Shown here one piece after another: positions 1-7,179 of a DNA stretch of 20,000 nucleotides. The notes beneath the pieces were generated by a model, which did no database searches, was not told where the DNA came from, and saw only the letters and a list, made by a program, of their open reading frames with translations. Every line of letters begins with the position of its first letter. The first letter of the stretch is position 1. The position numbers were made by a program, and so were the translations under genes. The stretch lies in the sequence record DRR378314_434, one strand, 5' to 3'.

Positions 1-1249
1 AATTAGTCCATTCGTAAAAATTATCGACGTCTACTCGATCATATCCACCACTCATATCACCGCCAATTGGCGTAAAAGTATTGGCAAAAGCTTCCTGGTC
101 GCTGTACAAGGCACCGATAACCACATCGTGCAGTTGACCAAAACCGGAGAACTGTCCTTTTAGCTGCATATCAAAACTACTCTGGCTGTTTTCACCATCG
201 CTATGATAACGCTGGGCGTTTAAACCCGCTCCGGTCTCTTTATCCAACGTGCCGTAAACGTAGAGTAACTTTGAAGTTTTATCGGCATCCATACGATTGT
301 AGTTAGCGATAAGCTCCCAGCCATTACTAAACGCATGGTTCAGGTTAACGAAATAGTTGGTGTTCGTCGTTTCCCAGCGAGTCCAGTCTGCACCAGTCGT
401 TTTGGAAACATCCCAATCGGTTTGAGTACCATCGGAGAAAAACGCCGGCAGTAGTCCCCAGGTAGCCCCTTTCGGGTTATTGTGCTGATAACTGCCACCA
501 ACTCGCAATAAAGTTTCAGGTGTTAAATCAGCTTCCATCACGCCGTAGAAAATTTCCTTATTTTCTTCTAAATAATCCACGTGTGAGTCGCTGTCATGTA
601 CTTTTATCACGGCCCGGCCGCGGATGTTGCCACTGTCGGTCAGAGCACTGCCAACATCGGCTGTTACCTGCCTGCTGTTCCAACGACCCACTGATGCATT
701 GACGTAGCCTTCAAGTTCTTTACTGTCAGCATGTTTACGAACCAAGTTAATTGAGGCTGATGGATCACCAACTCCCGTCAGAAGTCCGGTCGCGCCGCGC
801 ACAAATTCAATACGTTCGTAAATAGCGACATCGGCTACTGTTTCGCCAGCATCTCCAGCGAGACTCCATGACGTAGGAACACCATCAATTTGGTAATTAT
901 CAATCTCAAAACCACGGGCATAAAAAGTATTACGCACATTGTCCATTTCTGACGCCGAAACACCGACCGCGTTATTTACCGCTTCAAGTACCGTGTCGAT
1001 ATTCTGATCAAACATTCTTTCGTCGGTAAGAATACTGACCGACTGAGGCGTCTCACGCAGTGTTAAGCCGAGCCCGGTAGCGGAATCAAGAGTCTGACTG
1101 ACGGTATATTTTCCCGTCACTTCTATTCTCTCAAGCTTTTCATCATTGGTTGGCTTTTCTTTTTCCGCGCTTTGCGGTGCGGCAAATGTTGCAACTGGAT
1201 TCAAGGCTATTGCGATAGCCGCTGCCAGCGGAAGGACACGCACGTTCAT
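1..1249 (-). CDS. TonB-dependent siderophore receptor (FhuE/FpvA-like), 5' part; runs off the left edge
   Basis: Not in the ORF track. ATG at 1249 translates as MNVRVLPLAAAIAIALNPVATFAAPQ... (signal peptide), ERIEVTG (TonB box), then SATGLGLTLRETPQSVSI, typical of the plug start in ferric-siderophore receptors. Purine-rich RBS (GGGAG/AAGG) and Fur-like box upstream. Confidence 0.9.
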   Translation of the reverse strand, partial: MNVRVLPLAAAIAIALNPVATFAAPQSAEKEKPTNDEKLERIEVTGKYTVSQTLDSATGLGLTLRETPQSVSILTDERMFDQNIDTVLEAVNNAVGVSASEMDNVRNTFYARGFEIDNYQIDGVPTSWSLAGDAGETVADVAIYERIEFVRGATGLLTGVGDPSASINLVRKHADSKELEGYVNASVGRWNSRQVTADVGSALTDSGNIRGRAVIKVHDSDSHVDYLEENKEIFYGVMEADLTPETLLRVGGSYQHNNPKGATWGLLPAFFSDGTQTDWDVSKTTGADWTRWETTNTNYFVNLNHAFSNGWELIANYNRMDADKTSKLLYVYGTLDKETGAGLNAQRYHSDGENSQSSFDMQLKGQFSGFGQLHDVVIGALYSDQEAFANTFTPIGGDMSGGYDRVDVDNFYEWTN

Positions 1250-1293
1250 ACCTTTTTTACTCCCTTGGTTAATATTGGAATCAAAATAACACA

Positions 1294-1312
1294 ATTACGA
1301 ATCGTTATCATT
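1294..1312 (-). promoter_or_regulatory. Putative Fur box
   Basis: Minus strand reads AATGATAACGATTCGTAAT, resembling the Fur consensus AATGATAATnATTATCATT, about 45 bp upstream of a siderophore receptor start. Confidence 0.7.
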
Positions 1313-1363
1313 GATATTCGTATCTAATAACCAACTACTTGCCGCAACATTGTTATTAAGGTA

Positions 1364-1480
1364 ATGGTTGGTGGTAATGCCGAAAAGCTTGAAGAGGATG
1401 ACTACGGAGATATATTTCAGGTGGTGGTAAACGATGACAGCATCGTGACAAACCGGCTTTATGTAGCGGCCGTACAATGA
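1364..1480 (+). pseudogene. Probable 3' gene fragment resembling the C-terminus of a histidine phosphatase family protein
   Basis: Reads MVGGNAEKLEEDDYGDIFQVVVNDDSIVTNRLYVAAVQ*. Protein-like and reminiscent of the tail of small histidine phosphatases after the HSNT motif. In-frame upstream continuation lacks the RHG motif. Assignment by recall only. Confidence 0.35.
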
Positions 1481-1515
1481 AACTCGTACGACCGGTCATG
1501 CCGTTGATGAAGTGT

Positions 1516-2526
1516 TTATTCCCAGTTAGCTCTAAACCAGGACATCATTTCGCTTCTTATTTCCTTTTGTTTAGGGGAAGAGCGATGTTTTAGTCCTTCA
1601 TATATTGAAAGTTTATGCGTGAAGCCTTCTTTCTCAAGCACTTTATCCAAAGCAATACTGGACTCCACTGAAACACGTTCGTCTTTGTCGCCATGTATCA
1701 ACAAAATTGGAATGTCGTTATCAATTTCGTCCATCCAGAAAACAGCAGAGCGTTTTCTTAGCTCTTCATCTTTATTCTTCTCATAATTAGGAATGCGAGC
1801 TTTATACACTCGCTCCATTTCTGGGCGATGCTTCAATCCCTCGAAGAAATCATAGTCTCCGGCATAAAGAACAATAGAATCAACGTCTAAGCCCTGCTTC
1901 ACGGCTAAGAGTGACTGCATGCCACCGCGACTGGCACCATATAGACCCACATTTTCGGGATTAACATTAGGAAAATGCTCAAACAACTGTGGTAAAGCAA
2001 CGACGTCATTCACGTCGGCGCCGCCAAATTCATCTTTACCGGGCAGTTTGGGAAGGGATCCCCGATAACTTGAGGCCAAAATAGCCACATTATTCTCTGT
2101 CGCTAAACTAAAAAGCTGGCCGTATGCGCGGAAAAACGTCCAGGCCCCATAACTCGCATTTCCACCGCGGTTATAGATAATCACAGGGAGGTCTGATTTG
2201 CCTTTAGGAGCAACATAGTATGCGCGAACTACAGCATCGTCGACCTTATACATAACGTTTTTGCAATCTAGGCTTTGCTGATAACTTTCAAAGTCTTCTT
2301 TTTTATAAGCGCTTTTCAGCTTACCCATAAACTTTTCAACGTTAGGGTTGCCACTATTCATGTTGGCGATCTTTTCCATCCAACTATCATAGCTGGCAAA
2401 TTCTCCACTGAAGCAGTCACTTGTACCCATTAATTTAACATTGGGTTCAGCCTTAACTGGTGCCACGGCAAAACTAACAGCGGCTAACAGACTAAAAACC
2501 AGAGACTTCTTTATTATTCCTGTCAT
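1516..2526 (-). CDS. Exported S9/prolyl-oligopeptidase-family serine hydrolase
   Basis: Nucleophile GASRGG, Asp in HGDKDERV, His in GLKH, YNRGGN motif, signal peptide ending VKA. Start moved to ATG 2526 (MTGIIKK) because AAGGA lies just upstream. Confidence 0.85.
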   Translation of the reverse strand: MTGIIKKSLVFSLLAAVSFAVAPVKAEPNVKLMGTSDCFSGEFASYDSWMEKIANMNSGNPNVEKFMGKLKSAYKKEDFESYQQSLDCKNVMYKVDDAVVRAYYVAPKGKSDLPVIIYNRGGNASYGAWTFFRAYGQLFSLATENNVAILASSYRGSLPKLPGKDEFGGADVNDVVALPQLFEHFPNVNPENVGLYGASRGGMQSLLAVKQGLDVDSIVLYAGDYDFFEGLKHRPEMERVYKARIPNYEKNKDEELRKRSAVFWMDEIDNDIPILLIHGDKDERVSVESSIALDKVLEKEGFTHKLSIYEGLKHRSSPKQKEIRSEMMSWFRANWE

Positions 2527-2615
2527 TTTTCTGTCCTTGAGTTTAGTGTTATTTTTAATCAAACAATTAACAACTTACTATATAAAACAAAAATAACAAC
2601 TCCAGCGACAAAAAT

Positions 2616-3149
2616 TTAGGGCAGTGGTTGATACCCTTTCCAGTCCGGTACCAAAGGCTGTTGTTCACCGTCAAATTCAAGCGTCACATAGTGGTTATCC
2701 ACCAAATCGACACACAAGCAGTCATCCACCGCCAGTAAGTCGTCTTTATGAATTTGCTCAGCGTCCGCTAAGCCGGCTTTGGAAACTTGTGCACGAGCCA
2801 GTTGCTTTGCGGATTGTGGCGAGTCTGCGACCACCACAGTAAAGTCATGATACTCGGCCAGCTTATTCGGAAAATAGCCACCAAAATTAACGAAGTACAA
2901 GCGTTTTTCCGCAGGTTTCTCAGGCGCTTTAGAGGAAAGCTGAATGCGGTAGCCATCCACATGGTGCAAATGGACAAAGCTGTCCAGGTGCAGTCCTTTT
3001 TGCGTGCCGAACCAGCCTTTTCGAATAGCTGGATAAGTCTCTTCCATGCTCTGCCCTACTACAAAGCGAATGTCGTGCAACTCAATGTTGGCTACAGGCG
3101 CCGTACCGCCCACATAAACTAAAAAGAGTTTGTTATCGGTTTCGTTCAT
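2616..3149 (-). CDS. DUF1543 domain protein
   Basis: Two repeats of LF/YxVxxGG...ExHDxxxVV and the WFG...LHLDS motif characteristic of DUF1543. RBS AAGGGAAG. Confidence 0.85.
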   Translation of the reverse strand: MNETDNKLFLVYVGGTAPVANIELHDIRFVVGQSMEETYPAIRKGWFGTQKGLHLDSFVHLHHVDGYRIQLSSKAPEKPAEKRLYFVNFGGYFPNKLAEYHDFTVVVADSPQSAKQLARAQVSKAGLADAEQIHKDDLLAVDDCLCVDLVDNHYVTLEFDGEQQPLVPDWKGYQPLP

Positions 3150-3158
3150 TGTCTTCCC

Positions 3159-3374
3159 TTACTCATTGCCAATAAAACAGAATCGGGGCACGTTATTGCC
3201 GTCTATGTTGACCTCTTCCACGAACATTTCAAAGGGGCGAACCCACAGCTTTTGTTCACCGTAAAGAGGTTGATAAAGCACCATCCACTCTTCGGTTTCG
3301 CTATGGCGAGCGACATCAATAACGCGGTAACGTCCGCCTTTGTAGTGTTCGTAAATACCCGGCTTTATGGTCAT
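3159..3374 (-). CDS. DUF1653 domain protein
   Basis: GIYEHYKGGRYRV...ARHSETEE.MVLYQPLYG...LWVRPFEMF is the DUF1653 signature. Confidence 0.92.
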   Translation of the reverse strand: MTIKPGIYEHYKGGRYRVIDVARHSETEEWMVLYQPLYGEQKLWVRPFEMFVEEVNIDGNNVPRFCFIGNE

Positions 3375-3487
3375 GTTGGTTTATTCCAATGCTTATGGTT
3401 ACTAAAATACTTTGAAAGCATGTTACCAAAAGTTGTCGTTTAGCGGATAATCTCCTTTGTAATGGAAAATTAACCGGTATTTAATTC

Positions 3488-4396
3488 ATGCGCAGCTTTA
3501 ATCTATTTCTCGTTTTTACATTTTTGACCAGCGGCTATTCAGTGGCTGCATCAGAATTGACGTTTGAAACACAGGCACTGCAACGTCAGTCACCAGCTGA
3601 CTCTCAAATCACCTATCACCTTGGTTCAAGAGCAAAGCCAGCAAATAATCTACTGCTTATATTGCAAGGTTCTGACTGCCGGAGCGCATTAACAAACCAT
3701 TCTATTAAAGAAGTTTTACCCAAAGTGCAGCCCGACGCCGATGTTCTGCTCATTGAGAAATGGGGACTGACACCAGAAACCAACGAATGCCCGCAAACCT
3801 ACATCGACAAAGACTCACCATCGCAGCGAGTAAATGATGCCAGGCAGGTACTGGAACACCTTAACGAAACTAAAAGTTATCAGTCAGTTTACGTTCTAGG
3901 TGGCAGTGAAGGAGCCGTTATTGCCGTCATGCTCCGCGAAGCGTTCCCCAGCATTACCTCCACTATAGCATTTAATGGTGGCGGCAATTCGTTTCAGGAC
4001 GATATTGAGCACAATATAAAAGCATCGACACCCACAGAGGTTACAGCATCGGTACTTTCCGAGTTTCGCGAGTTTGCAGAGCAAATAAAAACATCAAATG
4101 AGCCTTTTTCTGTTAACTCAAGCCAGCATGGCTACAAGTGGTGGAAGGAAATGCTTACCCTTGAGCAAACCAAAATCGTAGAACGCGGAAAAACACCTCT
4201 GCTCATTGTTCAATCGGGACAGGACGATTCAGTAGACCCAGAGAAAACCCAGGTGATGATAGAAAATCTGAGTAACTCGGAGAATGTAAAATATCAGTAC
4301 TTTGAAGAACTTGACCACGGCCTACGAAAAGAAAATGGCAACAGTATTGATGACTCCGCACTGGCTGTCATGCGAGGATGGTTTCAGAAACACTGA
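3488..4396 (+). CDS. Exported alpha/beta-fold hydrolase (esterase/peptidase-like)
   Basis: Signal peptide (...SVAA), GGSEGA nucleophile elbow, Asp in GQDDSV, His in LDHGL. Confidence 0.82.
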   Translation: MRSFNLFLVFTFLTSGYSVAASELTFETQALQRQSPADSQITYHLGSRAKPANNLLLILQGSDCRSALTNHSIKEVLPKVQPDADVLLIEKWGLTPETNECPQTYIDKDSPSQRVNDARQVLEHLNETKSYQSVYVLGGSEGAVIAVMLREAFPSITSTIAFNGGGNSFQDDIEHNIKASTPTEVTASVLSEFREFAEQIKTSNEPFSVNSSQHGYKWWKEMLTLEQTKIVERGKTPLLIVQSGQDDSVDPEKTQVMIENLSNSENVKYQYFEELDHGLRKENGNSIDDSALAVMRGWFQKH

Positions 4397-4416
4397 GAAT
4401 GCTATGAGTTGCAGAT

Positions 4417-4632
4417 ATGAAAACAGATAATAAAATACTTTCGATCATATACTTGGCGCTGGTTTTTATTGGCGCCTATCTTGTTGGTGGTACCATCGCC
4501 AGATCGTTTAAATCGGGTGAGATTACTCTACACAGTCTCGAGTTTAAGGATCTTATCATAGCACTCGTTTTTTCAGCGCTTTACCACTGGTGGAAAGCGC
4601 GTAAAGAGAAGGCGAAAAATGAGCAACTTTAA
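4417..4632 (+). CDS. Small hypothetical membrane protein, two predicted TM helices
   Basis: 71 aa, two hydrophobic stretches and a basic C-tail. Fits exactly between neighbouring genes. Confidence 0.65.
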   Translation: MKTDNKILSIIYLALVFIGAYLVGGTIARSFKSGEITLHSLEFKDLIIALVFSALYHWWKARKEKAKNEQL

Positions 4633-4638
4633 TTCTGC

Positions 4639-5487
4639 CTAACGTCGGTCAAAATAAGACTGCTCATTTAGCGTTTTATAAACACCTTCTATATTCTGCG
4701 ACAGCCACTCGTTGTACATTTTTAAATCGGAAAATTCATCAAGCTTTATGTCCTGCTGCAAGGTTTCCAAATTTTTTCCTGCCAACATACCGTCGCGAAC
4801 CTCGGCATATAACGCTTCCAAATAACTCAAATAGCGCTCGACATCTTTACGCGTTCCCATATCCGCATGAGCACCAACAAACACATCAAATGGCTTTTCC
4901 TCTAACACGGCTTTGGTCGAGCGTATCATTCCGTGAATGTCATAGCCCGGAAGCGTTTGGTAAGGCATGCGACCCAGCACAATCCAGTCAGCCACAAACA
5001 GGACATTCTCAGGCATAAAGCGCATGCTGATAGAACCACGCCCATTGTTTGGCCCGTAATATTTCATTTGAACCGACTGTTCGCCAAGCTTAATAGTCAG
5101 CTCATCGTTAAACGTCGTTGTCGGCAGCGCAGTTGGTGTTTTAGTCCAGCGCAAATCCTCATCTGCGTATTCATGCGCAATAACCTCAACACCTTCCGAA
5201 GAAAATACCTCACCACCTAACGTATGGTCGACATGATTATGGCTATAAGCCAGGTAACGTACTGGTTGATCAAAGCGTTCTGATAACTCCTTTTTAAGGT
5301 ATTGAGCCGCGTCTTTGTTAATTGGGTCAGTAACAAAAATGCCCTTCTCCGTTACCATAAACACCGAATGATAATGACCCGCCGAAAACCGGTAAACATT
5401 GCCCTTAACCTTTTCAATAGCGTAGTCAGCTGCCATTACCGTCGTGCAAGCACCGAGCCATAAAGCCAGAGTCAGAAATAATCTCAT
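4639..5487 (-). CDS. Exported metallo-beta-lactamase-fold hydrolase
   Basis: Signal peptide (...VMA), SHNHVDH (HxHxDH) motif, VADW Asp and VGAH His. GAGGAG RBS upstream. Confidence 0.88.
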   Translation of the reverse strand: MRLFLTLALWLGACTTVMAADYAIEKVKGNVYRFSAGHYHSVFMVTEKGIFVTDPINKDAAQYLKKELSERFDQPVRYLAYSHNHVDHTLGGEVFSSEGVEVIAHEYADEDLRWTKTPTALPTTTFNDELTIKLGEQSVQMKYYGPNNGRGSISMRFMPENVLFVADWIVLGRMPYQTLPGYDIHGMIRSTKAVLEEKPFDVFVGAHADMGTRKDVERYLSYLEALYAEVRDGMLAGKNLETLQQDIKLDEFSDLKMYNEWLSQNIEGVYKTLNEQSYFDRR

Positions 5488-5868
5488 TACTTATTGCTCC
5501 TCAAGCGAGTTGACCTTTGCAGTATAAAAACGCTTAGCAAACCTAATGAATAGGCCTTTACGTTAGCTGCTAATTCTGCATTGTTCCAGAAACAAAAATC
5601 GTATCTTTCTCAAACTAACCGAATAGTGGCCGGCAGTTTTGATGCTCACTTACCTCCGCAATATTGCTTACCTTTATTATTGTGTTGTGTATTTAACTCG
5701 TTTAAGGTCAATTACATAATAAAAACGAAAAGTTAGATATTGTGCACTCGTCAGAATGGAAATCAGCATGCTCAAATTGGTTTGCCTGTTTTTGGTTGGC
5801 TTTTTGAAAAATAAATTGAGTTATTAAAGAGTTGTGAAGAAAAAAGCATGAATCTAATGAATGACAAA

Positions 5869-5898
5869 GTGAGCGTGCACAGTATGCAAATGTTATAC
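5869..5898 (+). mobile_element. Integron-type core recombination site (GTTATAC at 5892-5898), possibly a relic attI
   Basis: GTTATAC is the exact reverse complement of the inverse core GTATAAC (6562-6568) at the end of the next gene, and precedes that gene's RBS and ATG. No attC-like hairpin lies upstream, so attI rather than attC is inferred. Confidence 0.5.
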
Positions 5899-5913
5899 GA
5901 CACAGGAGGTCTA

Positions 5914-6567
5914 ATGCCAAAAGGCGATTGGTACGATAACTTTGCCCCGCTTTACGATGCAGGAACAATCAGCGATTTCTTTTATCGCCAACCGCGCAAG
6001 ACCGCCGTCGGAGAGCTTCAGCTATCGCGCTCCGATCGGGTCATGGACGTGTTTTGTGGGACTGGTGTCGACTTCAAATTGCTTCAAGAAAAAATCGGCA
6101 CTGCGGGACATATAACTGCCGTCGATGGATCAAAGGGGATGCTAAATCAGGCTACGAAGCGTAGTCGAAAAATCGGACTCGGTGAAAGCAGCATTCAATT
6201 TCTGCAAGCTGATCTTTCTTCGTCAGAGGGCATCAAGAAAATTTGTGCTTCAATAAAAAAGAATAGACCAAAATCAATTATGTTCTCTCTTGGCCTCACT
6301 TGTCTTCCCAATTGGCATGAATTTACTTCTAGAGTGTTCGATGCAGCAGTCCCAGGAACGAGACTGGCGATTATGGATGTTTACAGTGAAAAATTATCTT
6401 TCGGTGCACGCTTCATAAACTGGATTGGCGCAGCCGACTGTCGGCGTCCGGTATGGCAAGCATTACAAGAAAAAAGTCAGTCTTTCACTTGGCAAGAATT
6501 CCGTCCATTCAAGGTCTTGGATGTTTCTGTAATAGTTGCAAGTGGCACTAAGCCCGATGTCGTATAA
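5914..6567 (+). CDS. Class I SAM-dependent methyltransferase (UbiE-like fold), cassette-type gene
   Basis: VMDVFCGTG SAM-binding motif I and AVDGSKGML motif. Start reassigned from 5848 to ATG 5914 because AGGAGG lies directly upstream. Stop TAA overlaps GTATAAC. Confidence 0.85.
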   Translation: MPKGDWYDNFAPLYDAGTISDFFYRQPRKTAVGELQLSRSDRVMDVFCGTGVDFKLLQEKIGTAGHITAVDGSKGMLNQATKRSRKIGLGESSIQFLQADLSSSEGIKKICASIKKNRPKSIMFSLGLTCLPNWHEFTSRVFDAAVPGTRLAIMDVYSEKLSFGARFINWIGAADCRRPVWQALQEKSQSFTWQEFRPFKVLDVSVIVASGTKPDVV

Positions 6568-6625
6568 CAAGTTGTTGCAGTCTGTTCCGGGCCTGACGGC
6601 CCTCCACCGGACAAAAGCGTTATAA
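6562..6625 (+). mobile_element. attC-like site, apparently internally deleted
   Basis: Inverse core GTATAAC overlapping the stop codon, internal hairpin GGGCC-TGAC-GGCCC with TCCGG/CCGGA arms, core GTTATAA; 64 bp. No L' partner for the L''-position GTTGCAGT. Confidence 0.7.
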
Positions 6626-6644
6626 ACAGCCGGAATCGTAAGCT

Positions 6645-7025
6645 ATGAATCTGAACCAGATCACCTTGCCCGTCAACAATATGGAAAAGGCTACGGAGTT
6701 CTATCGCAAGATGGGGTTTCTCCAAATTGTAGATACTCCCCACTACGCCAGATTTGAATGCCCGGAGGGAACGTCGACGTTCTCCCTTTCATTGGATGAT
6801 TATGGGGGGTCAAGTAAGAGCGTAATTTATTTTGAACACCAAGAGCTTGACGACCTTGTTGCCAAGTTAAAGTCCAGGGGGCTTAAATTTGATCAAGAAC
6901 CAACGGATATGCAGTACTTATGGCGCGAGGCAATACTCCGTGACCCCTCCGGCAACAAAATCAAACTGTACTGGGCAGGTGAGAATCGTCTAAATCCGCC
7001 GTGGCGAGTTGAGCTCGGTGCATAA
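6645..7025 (+). CDS. VOC family (glyoxalase/bleomycin-resistance) protein, cassette-type gene
   Basis: LNQITLPVNNMEKATEFY..MGF and WREAILRDPSGNKIKL VOC motifs. Stop TAA overlaps GCATAAC. Confidence 0.9.
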   Translation: MNLNQITLPVNNMEKATEFYRKMGFLQIVDTPHYARFECPEGTSTFSLSLDDYGGSSKSVIYFEHQELDDLVAKLKSRGLKFDQEPTDMQYLWREAILRDPSGNKIKLYWAGENRLNPPWRVELGA

Positions 7026-7059
7026 CAAACCAATGTTGGTTGCCTCGGAAGCGTTGTAC
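7020..7059 (+). mobile_element. Degenerate attC remnant
   Basis: GCATAAC overlapping the stop codon, palindrome AACCAA-TG-TTGGTT, ending AAGC-GTTGTAC like the AAGC-GTTATAA end of the previous site. Only 40 bp, shorter than known functional attC sites. Confidence 0.5.
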
Positions 7060-7179
7060 GAGACAAATAATAACTCTGCCCGACGGCAGCAAAACTCTGA
7101 AGGCCCTAATTGATTGGTTTTAAGCCCTGAGTTTCAGGTTGGCGACATTCATTCAGAGGGATTTTTGGTGGAGCCCCCA

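Noticed and set aside
520-702. 60-aa + strand ORF
   Set aside because: Antisense shadow inside the TonB receptor at 1-1249.
1295-1477. 60-aa minus-strand ORF
   Set aside because: Overlaps the Fur-like box and has no recognisable motif; the opposite-strand frame looks more protein-like.
4633-4645. GCCTAAC as another attC inverse core
   Set aside because: It is simply the stop region of the convergent MBL gene; no hairpin or matching core.
5563-5649. 28-aa minus ORF (GTG start after GGAGG) as a possible integrase remnant
   Set aside because: RBS spacing is only 3 nt and there is no resemblance to IntI N-termini that I can recognise.
5848-5913. Longer N-terminus of the methyltransferase
   Set aside because: Spans the cassette core site; the strong AGGAGG supports ATG 5914.
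7060-7179. Third cassette or small RNA after the second attC remnant
   Set aside because: No start codon with RBS and only a 4-bp hairpin (TGCC-CGAC-GGCA); not supportable.
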